The notes under the pieces are model-generated. The model had not been told where the DNA came from, did not search any database, and worked only from the letters and a program-made list of their open reading frames with translations. Below are positions 44,506-53,248 of a stretch of DNA of 64,000 nt, piece by piece. Both the position numbers and the translations under genes were made by a program. The first letter of the stretch is position 1. Each line of letters opens with the position of its first letter. Source of the stretch: Pyrinomonadaceae bacterium (lineage in GTDB: Bacteria > Acidobacteriota > Blastocatellia > Pyrinomonadales > Pyrinomonadaceae). The stretch spans positions 660 to 64,659 of the forward strand of contig DASZEK010000198.1 in the NCBI GenBank assembly GCA_035941045.1, written 5' to 3'.

Positions 44506-45627
44506 ATGGCCGGTTGGGAAACCCCTAAACGCTCCGTGGTGCGGTGGCTCGCGCTGTTGGTCGCGACCCTCATCGCGCTTTACATCTGCTGGAAGATGCT
44601 CCAGCCCCTGGTGGACGTGCTGCTGTGGGCGCTGGTGCTCGCCATCATCTTCACGCCCGTCCACAGGCGCATCGAGCGGCGCGTCGGCCCCGGCTTGGGG
44701 GCGGCCCTCTCGTGCCTGCTCGTCGTCTTCACGATACTGATACCTTTCTCCTTCCTGACCTTCGCCGTCGTCAGGGAGTTGACGCACTTCGCGCAGACCG
44801 TGCAGGCCGACGCCGACACGATGCTCGACCCGAACTCGCCGTACCTCCGCCCCGTCTTCGGGTGGCTCGGGCAGTACGTGGACCTCAGTCAGTTCAACTC
44901 GCAGCAGTTCGTGGCCGAAAGGCTGAAGGGCCTGAGCGGCGCCATCGCCAGCCGCAGCGTCGGCTTCTTCGGCGGGCTGGTCGGCTTCGTCGTGGATGTC
45001 TTCTTCGTCATCTTCACGCTCTACTACCTCTTCCGCGACGGCGACCGGCTGAGCCGTGCGCTGCGCGGGGCGCTGCCGCTTGAGACAGGCAAGGCCAACG
45101 AGATTTTCGAGCGCACGCGCGAGGTGATAAGCGCCAGCGTCTACGGCGTGATAATTATCGCCACCATTCAGGGCGTCCTCGGCGGGCTGGCCTTCTGGGT
45201 GCTGGGGCTGCCTTCGGCGCTCCTGTGGGGCGTGGTGATGATCTTCCTCTCGATGATACCGATGCTCGGCGCCTTCCTCATCTGGGTGCCGGCGGCCATC
45301 TACCTCGCCGTCACGGGCCACTGGGTGGCGGCGCTCGTGCTCGCGGCGTGGGGCGTGCTCGTCATCGGCAGCGTGGACAACTTTCTGCGGCCGAAGCTGG
45401 TCGGCGAGAAGACGCGGCTGCACGAACTGCTCATCTTCTTCTCCGTCCTCGGCGGCCTACAGTTCTTCGGAGTCATCGGGCTCGTCCTCGGGCCGGTCTT
45501 CGTCGCCATCACCATCGCCCTGCTCGACGTGCTCCGACACGCCGACGACGCTGGAGGCGGGCGCGATGACGACACGCTCATCGAGGAGCAGGCGGAGTTG
45601 CGCGACGTGCCCGAGGGGGCGGGCTGA
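44506..45627 (+). CDS. AI-2E family transporter (PerM/UPF0118)
   Basis: 373 aa with about 8 TM helices. Conserved C-terminal region FLSMIPMLGAFLIWVPAAIYL ... DNFLRPKLVGEKTRLHELLIFFSVLGGLQFFGVIGLVLGP, typical of the family. Confidence 0.85.
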   Translation: MAGWETPKRSVVRWLALLVATLIALYICWKMLQPLVDVLLWALVLAIIFTPVHRRIERRVGPGLGAALSCLLVVFTILIPFSFLTFAVVRELTHFAQTVQADADTMLDPNSPYLRPVFGWLGQYVDLSQFNSQQFVAERLKGLSGAIASRSVGFFGGLVGFVVDVFFVIFTLYYLFRDGDRLSRALRGALPLETGKANEIFERTREVISASVYGVIIIATIQGVLGGLAFWVLGLPSALLWGVVMIFLSMIPMLGAFLIWVPAAIYLAVTGHWVAALVLAAWGVLVIGSVDNFLRPKLVGEKTRLHELLIFFSVLGGLQFFGVIGLVLGPVFVAITIALLDVLRHADDAGGGRDDDTLIEEQAELRDVPEGAG

Positions 45628-45648
45628 TTCCGGCCCGCGGGCAAGGGA

Positions 45649-45682
45649 AAAGGGCCGCCAACCCTAAGGCTGGCGGCCCTTT
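45649..45682. terminator. Bidirectional hairpin terminator
   Basis: 12-bp stem aaagggccgcca / tggcggcccttt with a 10-nt loop, between convergent genes. The stem is flanked by A-run and T-run. Confidence 0.6.
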
Positions 45683-45722
45683 AGCGTTCAGAGCGAAAAA
45701 AGAATGCCGCGGCGGCGAGGCT

Positions 45723-45968
45723 TTAGGCGGCGGCGTGGTTGAAGTTCTCCGCGAAGACGCGACGGCCGTTCAGGGCGTCGTCAATAATCTCGCGAACTGC
45801 CGCAACGTCAGGATTTACGTCCATGCGGTCGCAGGCGCGCAGGTGGCGGACGATGCCCTCGGTAGCGATGTCCAGGGCCGTCCCGCCCAACTTCGTGTAG
45901 CGACGCGCCTGGATGTGGTCAATCATTTTTAGCCGCTCGGTCAGCGGATGCATCTCTGTAGCGATCAC
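45723..45968 (-). CDS. Hypothetical small protein
   Basis: 81 aa. GTG start preceded by AAGGAGCTGAGGAAAA. Moderate GC3 bias. No family recognised. Confidence 0.45.
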   Translation of the reverse strand: MIATEMHPLTERLKMIDHIQARRYTKLGGTALDIATEGIVRHLRACDRMDVNPDVAAVREIIDDALNGRRVFAENFNHAAA

Positions 45969-46409
45969 TTTTCCTCAGCTCCTTATTGTTACCGGCCTCC
46001 GGAAGTATTCAATCGGAAGGCTCTGTATTAGACAGAATTTAGATGCATTAGGGTCGGCACGGGATGCGAACACGTTGCATTAACCAGAAATTTCGCACAA
46101 CCCAACCCCGTTTGCTCGTCGGCACCTACCTAGTTTGACTTGGAAGGGGGCCTGAAAAGGGCAGATTCTACATAACTCGGCCTGAAAAATCCAGAAAATT
46201 TTTTTATAGCCCGCCGTGCCGGCCGCACGACCGCCCGGACGGAGCCCGACAGGCCCGTGTCACCTTGATAAGTGCATACGTGTAAGGAGTTTAGGGGCGG
46301 GAGGCGGAAAGACCGCCATCCGGTCTTGAAGAGCGAGTTTTTCGCTCCTAAGCCCAGGGGCGGCCTCTTCCTGGTAGCGGATGAAAGATGACTCGGTCGG
46401 TCGGGCGTT

Positions 46410-46718
46410 CTACTTCTTGGGGACGACGGCGTCCTTCATGCCCTTGCTCAGCCTGAACTTAAGTGTCGTCTTGGCAGGGATTTGGATCGTGTCGCCCGTC
46501 TGGGGGTTGCGCCCCTCGCGCGCCTTGCGCTCGGACAGGACGAGTTTGCCGAAGCCGGGTAACACGAACTCGCCGCTCGACTTGACCTCGGCGCTGGCGA
46601 GGCTGCCCAGCTCCTCGAACAACTCCTTGACCTGCGCGCGTTTAAGCTCGAACTTCTCGGCGATGTGGTTGACCACTTCGGACTGTGACATGCGCTTCTT
46701 GCCGGCTTTCGTCGCCAT
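46410..46718 (-). CDS. hup: HU family nucleoid-associated DNA-binding protein with short Lys-rich N-terminal extension
   Basis: Core MSQSEVVNHIAEKFELKRAQVKELFEELGSLASAEVKSSGEFVLPGFGKLVLSERKAREGRNPQTGDTIQIPAKTTLKFRLSKGMKD contains the HU signature RNPQTG..I.IPA. ATG 46718 (MATKAGKKR...) was chosen; the internal ATG 9 codons downstream is also possible. Confidence 0.85.
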   Translation of the reverse strand: MATKAGKKRMSQSEVVNHIAEKFELKRAQVKELFEELGSLASAEVKSSGEFVLPGFGKLVLSERKAREGRNPQTGDTIQIPAKTTLKFRLSKGMKDAVVPKK

Positions 46719-46916
46719 AGGGTGGTGTAGGACCTCCTGCAAATTCGTAAAATATTTGAAAAGCTTGCCTGAGGACATATATCACACCGCGACCCCCCGC
46801 GTCTCAAAAAAAATGGCGTTTTCCGCCTTTTTTTCGCAAAAAAAAGCCCCCCGCGGCCGGGAGGTGAATAATGATACAGCCCCCGAGGCGCAGCCACCTC
46901 GGAGGCTGGAACTAAA

Positions 46917-46990
46917 TCGGGCAGAGAGGATTTGAACCTCCGACCCCCGCATCCCAAATGCGGTGCGCTACCAGACTGCGCTACTGCCCG
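46917..46990 (-). tRNA. tRNA-Pro (anticodon UGG)
   Basis: Hand-folded cloverleaf: acceptor CGGGCAG/CTGCCCG-A. D arm GCGC-AGTCTGGTA-GCGC. Anticodon stem CCGCA/TGCGG with loop TTTGGGA. T arm GGAGG-TTCAAAT-CCTCT. Confidence 0.9.
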
Positions 46991-47086
46991 CCGTGTATGT
47001 CGGCAAACTAAAGCTTCTCAACCGCCTTGTTCTAGGGCGCGGCAATTCTTGCACACAAAGCCTTACTTTTCCAAGCGTTTCAGGTT

Positions 47087-47701
47087 TTAAAGACCGGAAA
47101 ATCGCTCGCGGAGGAAGGCGGACGCTTTAGCGAGTGCTCGGGCGCGGTGGCTGAGGTGTTGTTTGACCTGGGTCGGGAGTTCGCCGAAGGTCTGCGTGTG
47201 GCCGTCGGGGACGAAGAGCGGGTCATAGCCGAAGCCGCCGGAGCCGCGCGGCGCGTGGGCGAGGCGCCCTTCGCAGACGCCGTCGAAGGTGTTGACCTCG
47301 CCGGTCGAAGGATCCGCGAGGGCGATTACGCACTTGAAGCGGGCGCGGCGGTCTTCCGTGTTCGCGGAGGATAGTTCAGCGAGCAGGCGGGCCATCTTTT
47401 CGGGGTACGGAAGGTCGCGACCGCCGTAACGCGCCGAGTGAACGCCGGGGGCGCCGCCGAGCGCCTCGACCTCAAGGCCCGAATCGTCAGAGAGCGTGAG
47501 CAGCCCCGTCAGGGAAGAATAGTGTCGGGCCTTCAGCACGGCGTTTTCCACGAAGGTCGCGCCCGTCTCCTCGGCTTCGGGAACGTCACCGAACTCCGAG
47601 AGCCAGCGCACGCCGAGCGGGAGCCCTTCGAGCAAGCCCCTTATCTCCCTCACTTTTCCCTCGTTATGCGTGGCTACGAGGAGCGTCGGAGTTTTCGTCA
47701 T
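47087..47701 (-). CDS. rdgB: Non-canonical purine NTP pyrophosphatase (XTP/dITP diphosphatase, RdgB/HAM1 family)
   Basis: 204 aa. LLVATHNEGKVREI ... FVENAVLKA ... SDDSGLEVEALGGAPGVHSARY ... GGFGYDPLF ... SHRARAL are the canonical RdgB motifs. Confidence 0.9.
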   Translation of the reverse strand: MTKTPTLLVATHNEGKVREIRGLLEGLPLGVRWLSEFGDVPEAEETGATFVENAVLKARHYSSLTGLLTLSDDSGLEVEALGGAPGVHSARYGGRDLPYPEKMARLLAELSSANTEDRRARFKCVIALADPSTGEVNTFDGVCEGRLAHAPRGSGGFGYDPLFVPDGHTQTFGELPTQVKQHLSHRARALAKASAFLRERFSGL

Positions 47702-47773
47702 GGCGGTGCAGTTTAAGACGGCGCGGGCGGGCGGGGCAAAAATTTTTTGCCCGGAGGGAATTTAGTGTTTAGT

Positions 47774-49108
47774 ATGGGGCATGGGAGAGAGGACGCGGCG
47801 GCGAGGATGCTCTTGAGGGAGGCGGCTCAGAGGACGGCGGGCGGCGACGGCCTTTCGGCGGCGCGCGAGCTGGGGCTTTGGCTCCGGTCCTTACAGAGTT
47901 TCTTTGACCATTCCAACCACCCCTTCACCGAAGGCGAGCGCGCGCTCATCTCGACGCGCGACTTCAGTTGCGAGACGGCCATCGCGCGCGACGTGCTCCT
48001 CCGCTGTCTGCAACTGGCCGGCGCCCTCACCCCCGGCGAGCCGGACGCGCCCGCCCCGCCCGAAGCCGAAGCCCCGCAGCCCGACGGGCGCTGGAGGCAC
48101 ACCAGCCCGGCCGTCACCGAAGCCGGCCTCGCCGAGCTGACGGAAATCCTTAAAGACTCGTGCTCGCTGGCGGGCGCGCTGCTCGAAGCACCTTCGGTCA
48201 AGTTCGAGGGCTGGGCGAGCCTCGGCGGCGTCCTGGCGCGCGAGTTGAAGGCTTCGGAGACGGGCCGCCTGCTCACGGCCTCGCCCGCCGGGGGCGGGGC
48301 GTCGCTCGTGCCGGGTCCGCTCACCGCGCTCGCCGAAAGGCTGACGCCCGACGACCTCGGCGAAGACATCTTCCACGTCTTCTCATCCTTCACGGGGCTC
48401 CTGTCGTCCCTGCGCTTCGTCGAGACGCGGCTCCGTTCCGAGGCGCAGGTCAAGCAACTCCTGCCGCTCTTCACGCTCGTCCACGACGACACGCGGGGCC
48501 TGCTCGACTTCATCGAGAGCCGCGGCCTGCGGACCGAGGGCATGGAGGAGGGCGCGAGGGACGCGCTCGACGGCACGGCCTACGCCATCCGCATGGAGCT
48601 GCGCAAAATCTTCGAGCACGAGCTGGTTGACTTCTGCTCGCTGCGCCAGCCGTCGCAGGTCTTCGTCAAGGCCGAGAACGCGCTCGGGCTGCTCCGCGAT
48701 TCATTTCAACAGTCAACGCTCGCCGTCGCGCAGAGCTTCGACCCCGCGGTCGAAGGCTCGCAGCTCTTCGCTTCCTTCCACACAAAGCTTGAGCAGTCGC
48801 TCACGCTGCGCAAAGACCTCTGGGCGTTGCTGCAACTCGTGAGGCGCGCGGGCGGCGAGATAGAGACTTTCCCGATGTCGCTCCTGCTCGAACGCCTGAA
48901 CGCCTTCCGCGAGGGCAGCCAGCGTTACCTCATGTTTAAGGACTGGGAGCCCTTCGAGCGTTTCCTCGAAGAGATTGAATCGGCCGGCGGCGCGACCGAG
49001 GCCGGCCACGTCCTCCACCGCTTCGACGCCTTCCTCGAAACTCTCTTCAATCAGGTGAACATGCGCGGCGTCCTCGCCACCCAGCCCTTCGACCCCGCCG
49101 CGAATTAA
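47774..49108 (+). CDS. Hypothetical cytoplasmic, predominantly helical protein
   Basis: About 444 aa with strong GC3 bias throughout. No signal peptide or TM helix. No family recognised. The start is uncertain (ATG 47774 versus TTG 47747). Confidence 0.6.
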   Translation: MGHGREDAAARMLLREAAQRTAGGDGLSAARELGLWLRSLQSFFDHSNHPFTEGERALISTRDFSCETAIARDVLLRCLQLAGALTPGEPDAPAPPEAEAPQPDGRWRHTSPAVTEAGLAELTEILKDSCSLAGALLEAPSVKFEGWASLGGVLARELKASETGRLLTASPAGGGASLVPGPLTALAERLTPDDLGEDIFHVFSSFTGLLSSLRFVETRLRSEAQVKQLLPLFTLVHDDTRGLLDFIESRGLRTEGMEEGARDALDGTAYAIRMELRKIFEHELVDFCSLRQPSQVFVKAENALGLLRDSFQQSTLAVAQSFDPAVEGSQLFASFHTKLEQSLTLRKDLWALLQLVRRAGGEIETFPMSLLLERLNAFREGSQRYLMFKDWEPFERFLEEIESAGGATEAGHVLHRFDAFLETLFNQVNMRGVLATQPFDPAAN

Positions 49109-49114
49109 AAACCC

Positions 49115-50839
49115 TTAGCGCGGAGCGAAGCGCACGACCATCTCGCCGAACTGTCCGAAGGCCGAGAGCGTCCGCTTCTCGAAGCCCACGTCGGTGACGC
49201 GCGTCTCGCTCTCGCTGTAGGCGTGGCGCGTGAGGGCGCGCTCGAAAGCCTGCGGGTCGGCCGGGCGTGAATCTTCGCCCCGCCGGGCCGCGAAGTAGCC
49301 GACGACGGCGCGGGCCGACTCGCGGTCGTCAGTGATTGTGCGGACGAAGGCGTCCGGCGCGGAGAAGTCGAGCGGCGCCGTCTTAAAAGATTCGTCAGCG
49401 CCGAGCGTCTTCTTCTCGGAGATGGCTTTCAGACAACGACGCACGTCCTCCTCGGAGCCGAGCAGCAGATGCTTGTTGACGAAGCCGGCCGCGCCCCTGT
49501 CCTCGGCCGTCGAGACGAATAACTCGGCGCCGTCGATTGTTTCCTTACTCGCGCCCGCGCCGAGATGCGTTCGCACAAGCTCACGCAGGAGCGTTTCGTT
49601 CCGCACGGGCGTGAGGAGGACTTTGCCCTCGCTCTTGGCGTCGAGCCTCGCCGTCGCGAGCCACGGGCCGCCCGCGCGCAGGAAGTCGCGCGGACGCTCG
49701 ACGCCGTAGGGCTTGAGCAGCGATTCGAGGGCGAGCGTGATGATGGTGGCGCGCGAGATGTCCACCTGCGAAGAGAGGGCCGCGCCGACCGCCTTCCAAG
49801 CCTCCTCGGGGCTCCGAAAATCATAAAGGGAAACCTGATAGGTCCCCGCCGGCAGGAGCCCCGCGGCCCCGCTCTCACGCTTTGAAGGGGGCGAGAGCGC
49901 CGGCCCGAGCCTCTGCGCGACCCCGCCGGCAAGCCCCAGAAAGTATCGGTCCTCGACGCGCCCGCCTGTGAGATGCGAACTCCAGCCGACGCTCCCCAAA
50001 GTCTGGTTGATGAGCTGAGGCAGCACCGTCGCCATCAAGCTCTGCGCCTTAGAATCTTCCGAGACGCCGCCGACGAGGGCGGGCGCGAAGACCTCGACCA
50101 TCCTCGCCGCGCTCCCCGTCGGCGCGAACCCGAAGGCCAGCGCTCCGCGCGCGCCGACCCTCGCCCGCACGTCCTCAAGCTCAGCGTTGCCGGCCAGACT
50201 CTTCCGCCCGCCCCGCCGCACGTCAACGCACGCGCGCACAGCCGACTCGTCGTTGCCCACCACGGCCACGCTCTCGTAGACGGCCGCGACAATCCTCTTG
50301 CGCGAGCCCCCCTGCGCCGCCCAAGTCACGTAACCGACGCCGTCAACCTCTTTCCTCTCAACACTAGGCGCCCCGAAAGATTTTCGGGCGAAGTCACCGA
50401 CGATCTTCTCGACGGCCGAGCGCACGCGCCACTCGCTCGTGTGCGTCTCGGCGACGAGCGCCGCCCGCGGCGTGAACTTGATGGCCGTCCCCGATTCCTC
50501 CGCCGCCTCGAAGCCGAGAATCGTGACGGCGACCTGCGCGCGCGAGAGCACCACGGCCTCGCCCGGCCCGAGGCCCGTGAACGATAGCCAGCGGCTCGTC
50601 CTCGGGGACAAATACCAGCCGCCCCCGACGCCCGCGGCCGGCGCAAGCTCGCGCCAGGCGTCGGTCGAGACGACGGCCTCGACGACGGCCGGGAGGTCGT
50701 CCGTCTCCATGTAAACTATTGAGTCCGTAGGCGCATAGGCCGCCATGTCAACCTTCACGGGGCGCGTAAACCAGAGGTACACAAAGCCCCCTACCAGCAG
50801 CAGGCCGACCGCGATGAGAGCCCAGCGAAGGAAAGCCAT
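49115..50839 (-). CDS. Hypothetical N-terminally membrane-anchored protein (DUF3352-like architecture)
   Basis: About 574 aa from ATG 50839. N-terminal anchor MAFLRWALIAVGLLLVGGFVYLWF followed by a large soluble domain. The architecture reminds me of DUF3352 proteins (weak recollection). Confidence 0.6.
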   Translation of the reverse strand: MAFLRWALIAVGLLLVGGFVYLWFTRPVKVDMAAYAPTDSIVYMETDDLPAVVEAVVSTDAWRELAPAAGVGGGWYLSPRTSRWLSFTGLGPGEAVVLSRAQVAVTILGFEAAEESGTAIKFTPRAALVAETHTSEWRVRSAVEKIVGDFARKSFGAPSVERKEVDGVGYVTWAAQGGSRKRIVAAVYESVAVVGNDESAVRACVDVRRGGRKSLAGNAELEDVRARVGARGALAFGFAPTGSAARMVEVFAPALVGGVSEDSKAQSLMATVLPQLINQTLGSVGWSSHLTGGRVEDRYFLGLAGGVAQRLGPALSPPSKRESGAAGLLPAGTYQVSLYDFRSPEEAWKAVGAALSSQVDISRATIITLALESLLKPYGVERPRDFLRAGGPWLATARLDAKSEGKVLLTPVRNETLLRELVRTHLGAGASKETIDGAELFVSTAEDRGAAGFVNKHLLLGSEEDVRRCLKAISEKKTLGADESFKTAPLDFSAPDAFVRTITDDRESARAVVGYFAARRGEDSRPADPQAFERALTRHAYSESETRVTDVGFEKRTLSAFGQFGEMVVRFAPR

Positions 50840-51011
50840 ACGGGGCATCCTAACTGCACGCCGAGAGGCGAGGCAAGCATCCTCCGGCGCTTCTGCCGCC
50901 CCGAAGTGACCGGGAACCCGCGCCGGGAAATTTTTGGAAGTCATCTTGATTTGTCCAGAAAAGTTCGCCAAAATATTGAAAGCACAACGGTTAAACCATG
51001 CAAAATATCGG

Positions 51012-51041
51012 TTGACATGTTCACCGTGAGTGTCTTATAGT
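51012..51041 (+). promoter_or_regulatory. Near-consensus sigma70-type promoter upstream of the pil leader
   Basis: TTGACA (51012-51017), an 18-nt spacer, then TATAGT (51036-41), in an AT-rich patch of a ~610-nt intergenic region. Confidence 0.5.
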
Positions 51042-51094
51042 CATTGTGGCAGATGTGAGCCGCCCGAATCCTTTCTGGCGGCGCACTTTGAAAC

Positions 51095-51192
51095 TCAACC
51101 GAAAAGGCACACTACGCGCGAGCGTAGGCCGCAAAGCCAACGGGAGTCGGGCCAACATAAAACCGCCGCGACTCGGCCGGGTTACCGAAGGG
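51095..51192 (+). promoter_or_regulatory. Candidate class I c-di-GMP riboswitch aptamer (GEMM-I-like)
   Basis: Ordered elements run 5' to 3': aaaaGGCACAC; a 6-bp hairpin with GNRA loop, ctacgc-GCGA-gcgtag (51112-27); GCCGCAAAGCC (51128-38); a long imperfect hairpin CGGGAGTCGGGC...GCCGCGACTCGGCCG with an A-rich loop ACATAAAACC; and GGGTTACCGA (51179-88). These mirror GGCAAACC / GAAA hairpin / ACGCAAAGCC / P-stem / GGGUUACCGA of the V. cholerae Vc2 aptamer as I recall it. Not verified with a covariance model. Confidence 0.5.
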
Positions 51193-51453
51193 GAGATGAC
51201 TCGCCCGCCCTCGGAAACAAGTCCCCGCGCCCAAGCCTTTTACACGCCGGCCCGGCCCCTCGACCAGAGGCCGCCGCGCCGCCCGCCCTCCTCAGCGCCC
51301 ACAGGCACGGGCGCCACCCAGACGATGAAGCCCGCCGCAGCCAGCAGCACGACGCGTCCGCGCACGACCCGCGCCAGGGTCCGGCGCGTGCGCGCGCGCC
51401 TGCGGCGACGCCACCGCCAACAGTCACTCCAAGCCCGAAGGAACGGATAGAAC

Positions 51454-52515
51454 ATGTTTAAGAGAAACCTCGGCAGGAAGGGCCTCGTGGGCCTCGACAT
51501 CGGTTCGAGCTCGATCAAGGCCGTCGAGTTGCAGGGCAAGCCCGGCTCGCTCCAACTCGTCAACCTCGGCTTCGAGGGCCTTCAGCCCGACACGGTCGTG
51601 GACGGCCAGATCATGGAGCTGAACGACGTGTCGAACGTCATCTCCGGCCTCTTCGGCGCCCACCAGTTCAAGACCGACCGCGTGGCCGCCGGGGTCTCCG
51701 GCAGCTCCGTCATCGTCAAGAACATCATCGTGCCGCAGATGACGCGCGAGGAGTTGCAGGAGTCCATCGACTGGCACGCCGAGGAGCACATCCCGTTCGA
51801 GATTTCGGACGTGAGCCTCGACTATCAGGTCGTCGGCTCGGGCCACGACTCGCTGCACGTCCTGATGGCGGCCTGCAAGCGCGACTCCATCGCCAATCTT
51901 AAGCAGGCCATCCAGCTCGCCGGCAAGCACCCGACCGTCATCGACGTGGACGCCTTCGCCCTCCAGAACTGCTACGAGCTGAACTACCAGCCGCCCGACG
52001 AGCTGGTCGTGGCGCTCCTGAACGTCGGCGCCTCGACGATGAACATCAACATCGTGAAGGGCGTCCGCAGCGTCTTCACGCGCGACGTGTCGGTCGGCGG
52101 CAACCAGTACACGGCCCTCTTGCAGAAGGAGCTGGGGCTGACGCACGAGCAAGCCGAGGCCGTGAAGCGCGGCGGGCCTGCGCCCTCGCACGTCGAGGCC
52201 GTCGATTTGGAAGGCGTGCTGGAAACCGTCTCGGACATGCTCGCTTTGGAAATCTCGAAGACCTTCGACTTCTACCGCGCCACGGCCGAAGACTCGAACG
52301 CCGCCGTGCAGAAGATCATGATCTCGGGCGGCGGGTCGAAGCTCCGGGGGCTGACCGAGTTCCTCTCGGGCCGCTTCGAGATCCCGGTCGAGCGGCTCGA
52401 CCCCTTCCGCCGCATCAAGTTCGACGCGCGGCGCTTCGACCCCGACTACATGCGCGAAGTCGTGCCCGAGATGGCCGTCGCCGTGGGCCTCGCCCTGAGA
52501 GGAGTGGATGCTTAA
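51454..52515 (+). CDS. pilM: Type IV pilus assembly protein PilM (actin-like ATPase fold)
   Basis: 353 aa. N-terminus LVGLDIGSSSIKAVEL ... VIDVDAFALQN ... MISGGGSKLRGL, typical of PilM. Confidence 0.9.
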   Translation: MFKRNLGRKGLVGLDIGSSSIKAVELQGKPGSLQLVNLGFEGLQPDTVVDGQIMELNDVSNVISGLFGAHQFKTDRVAAGVSGSSVIVKNIIVPQMTREELQESIDWHAEEHIPFEISDVSLDYQVVGSGHDSLHVLMAACKRDSIANLKQAIQLAGKHPTVIDVDAFALQNCYELNYQPPDELVVALLNVGASTMNINIVKGVRSVFTRDVSVGGNQYTALLQKELGLTHEQAEAVKRGGPAPSHVEAVDLEGVLETVSDMLALEISKTFDFYRATAEDSNAAVQKIMISGGGSKLRGLTEFLSGRFEIPVERLDPFRRIKFDARRFDPDYMREVVPEMAVAVGLALRGVDA

Positions 52516-53220
52516 ATGATCAAGGTCAACCTACTGGACTCCGTCACCGACCGCGCGACGAGCGTCGCCGTCGTCGAGGAGAAGGTCTCGAACCCGCGGA
52601 CGCGGATGCTCGTCATGGCGGCGTCGGTCGCCTCGCTGATGGTGCTCGCCGTCGTCTTCGACTACGTCAGCGCCAACACGGCCAACGCGCGCGCCAAGGC
52701 CGAGCTTGAGCGGCAGCAGCAGATCGCCGCGCAGATGGCGGCCATCAACAAGGAGCAGGCCGACCTGGAGAAGAAGATCAAGGACATCCAGGTCCGCATC
52801 GACGCCATCAAGAAGCTCCGCTCTTCGCAGCAGGGCCCGGTCGCGCTGCTCTCCGAGCTTAACGAGCGGCTGCCGAAGGCCGACGAGTTCCGCCTGGAGT
52901 CCGTCGAGCAGAAGAACGGCGAGCTGATCATCGAGGGCAACTCGCCCAACGAGTACGCCGTCACGCAGTTCGGCCGCAGCCTCGAATTCTCCTCCGGCCT
53001 CTTCCAGAACGTGAGCCTTGAGACCGAGCGCAAGGAGCTGGAGATCAACGCGGCCGACTACGCCGCCGAAGGCCCGCTCGACCTGACCATTAAGCCGCAG
53101 ACGGTCCGCTTCAAGGTCAAGTGCAAGTACGTGCCGGGCGGGACGCAGCCCGCGCCGACAGCGACGGCCGCCGCCCCGGCCGCCCCCGCCGCCGCCGCGC
53201 CGCAGGTCGCGAGCCGCTAG
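52516..53220 (+). CDS. pilN: Type IV pilus assembly protein PilN
   Basis: 234 aa. Starts directly after the pilM stop (TAAATG). MIKVNLL N-terminus, a single TM helix, then a coiled coil and the PilN-type periplasmic domain. Ala/Pro-rich tail. Confidence 0.8.
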   Translation: MIKVNLLDSVTDRATSVAVVEEKVSNPRTRMLVMAASVASLMVLAVVFDYVSANTANARAKAELERQQQIAAQMAAINKEQADLEKKIKDIQVRIDAIKKLRSSQQGPVALLSELNERLPKADEFRLESVEQKNGELIIEGNSPNEYAVTQFGRSLEFSSGLFQNVSLETERKELEINAADYAAEGPLDLTIKPQTVRFKVKCKYVPGGTQPAPTATAAAPAAPAAAAPQVASR

Positions 53221-53248
53221 ACGACGCCTCGCAGAAGGGAAACGAACG

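Noticed and set aside
46045-46080. Sigma-54-like promoter elements GGCACG ... TTGCAT
   Set aside because: The spacing between the GG and GC elements is 13 nt instead of the ~4 nt between TGGCACG and TTGC required for a -24/-12 promoter.
46215-46275. Possible SRP (4.5S) RNA domain IV-like sequence cccggacggagcccgacagg
   Set aside because: The apical loop would be GGAC, not GNRA. The conserved GGAAGCAGC/AGCA symmetric-loop motif is absent, and no closing helix was found.
46381-46935. 184-aa plus-strand ORF running antisense through the HU gene and into tRNA-Pro (and 46448-46957 on the minus strand)
   Set aside because: It overlaps a clear HU gene and a tRNA. No motifs and no RBS.
51030-51461. 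Plus-strand ORFs 51030-51461 and 51046-51450 in the pilM leader
   Set aside because: They begin inside or at the promoter and run through the candidate riboswitch. Their translations are Arg/Pro-rich and low-complexity, and there is no RBS.
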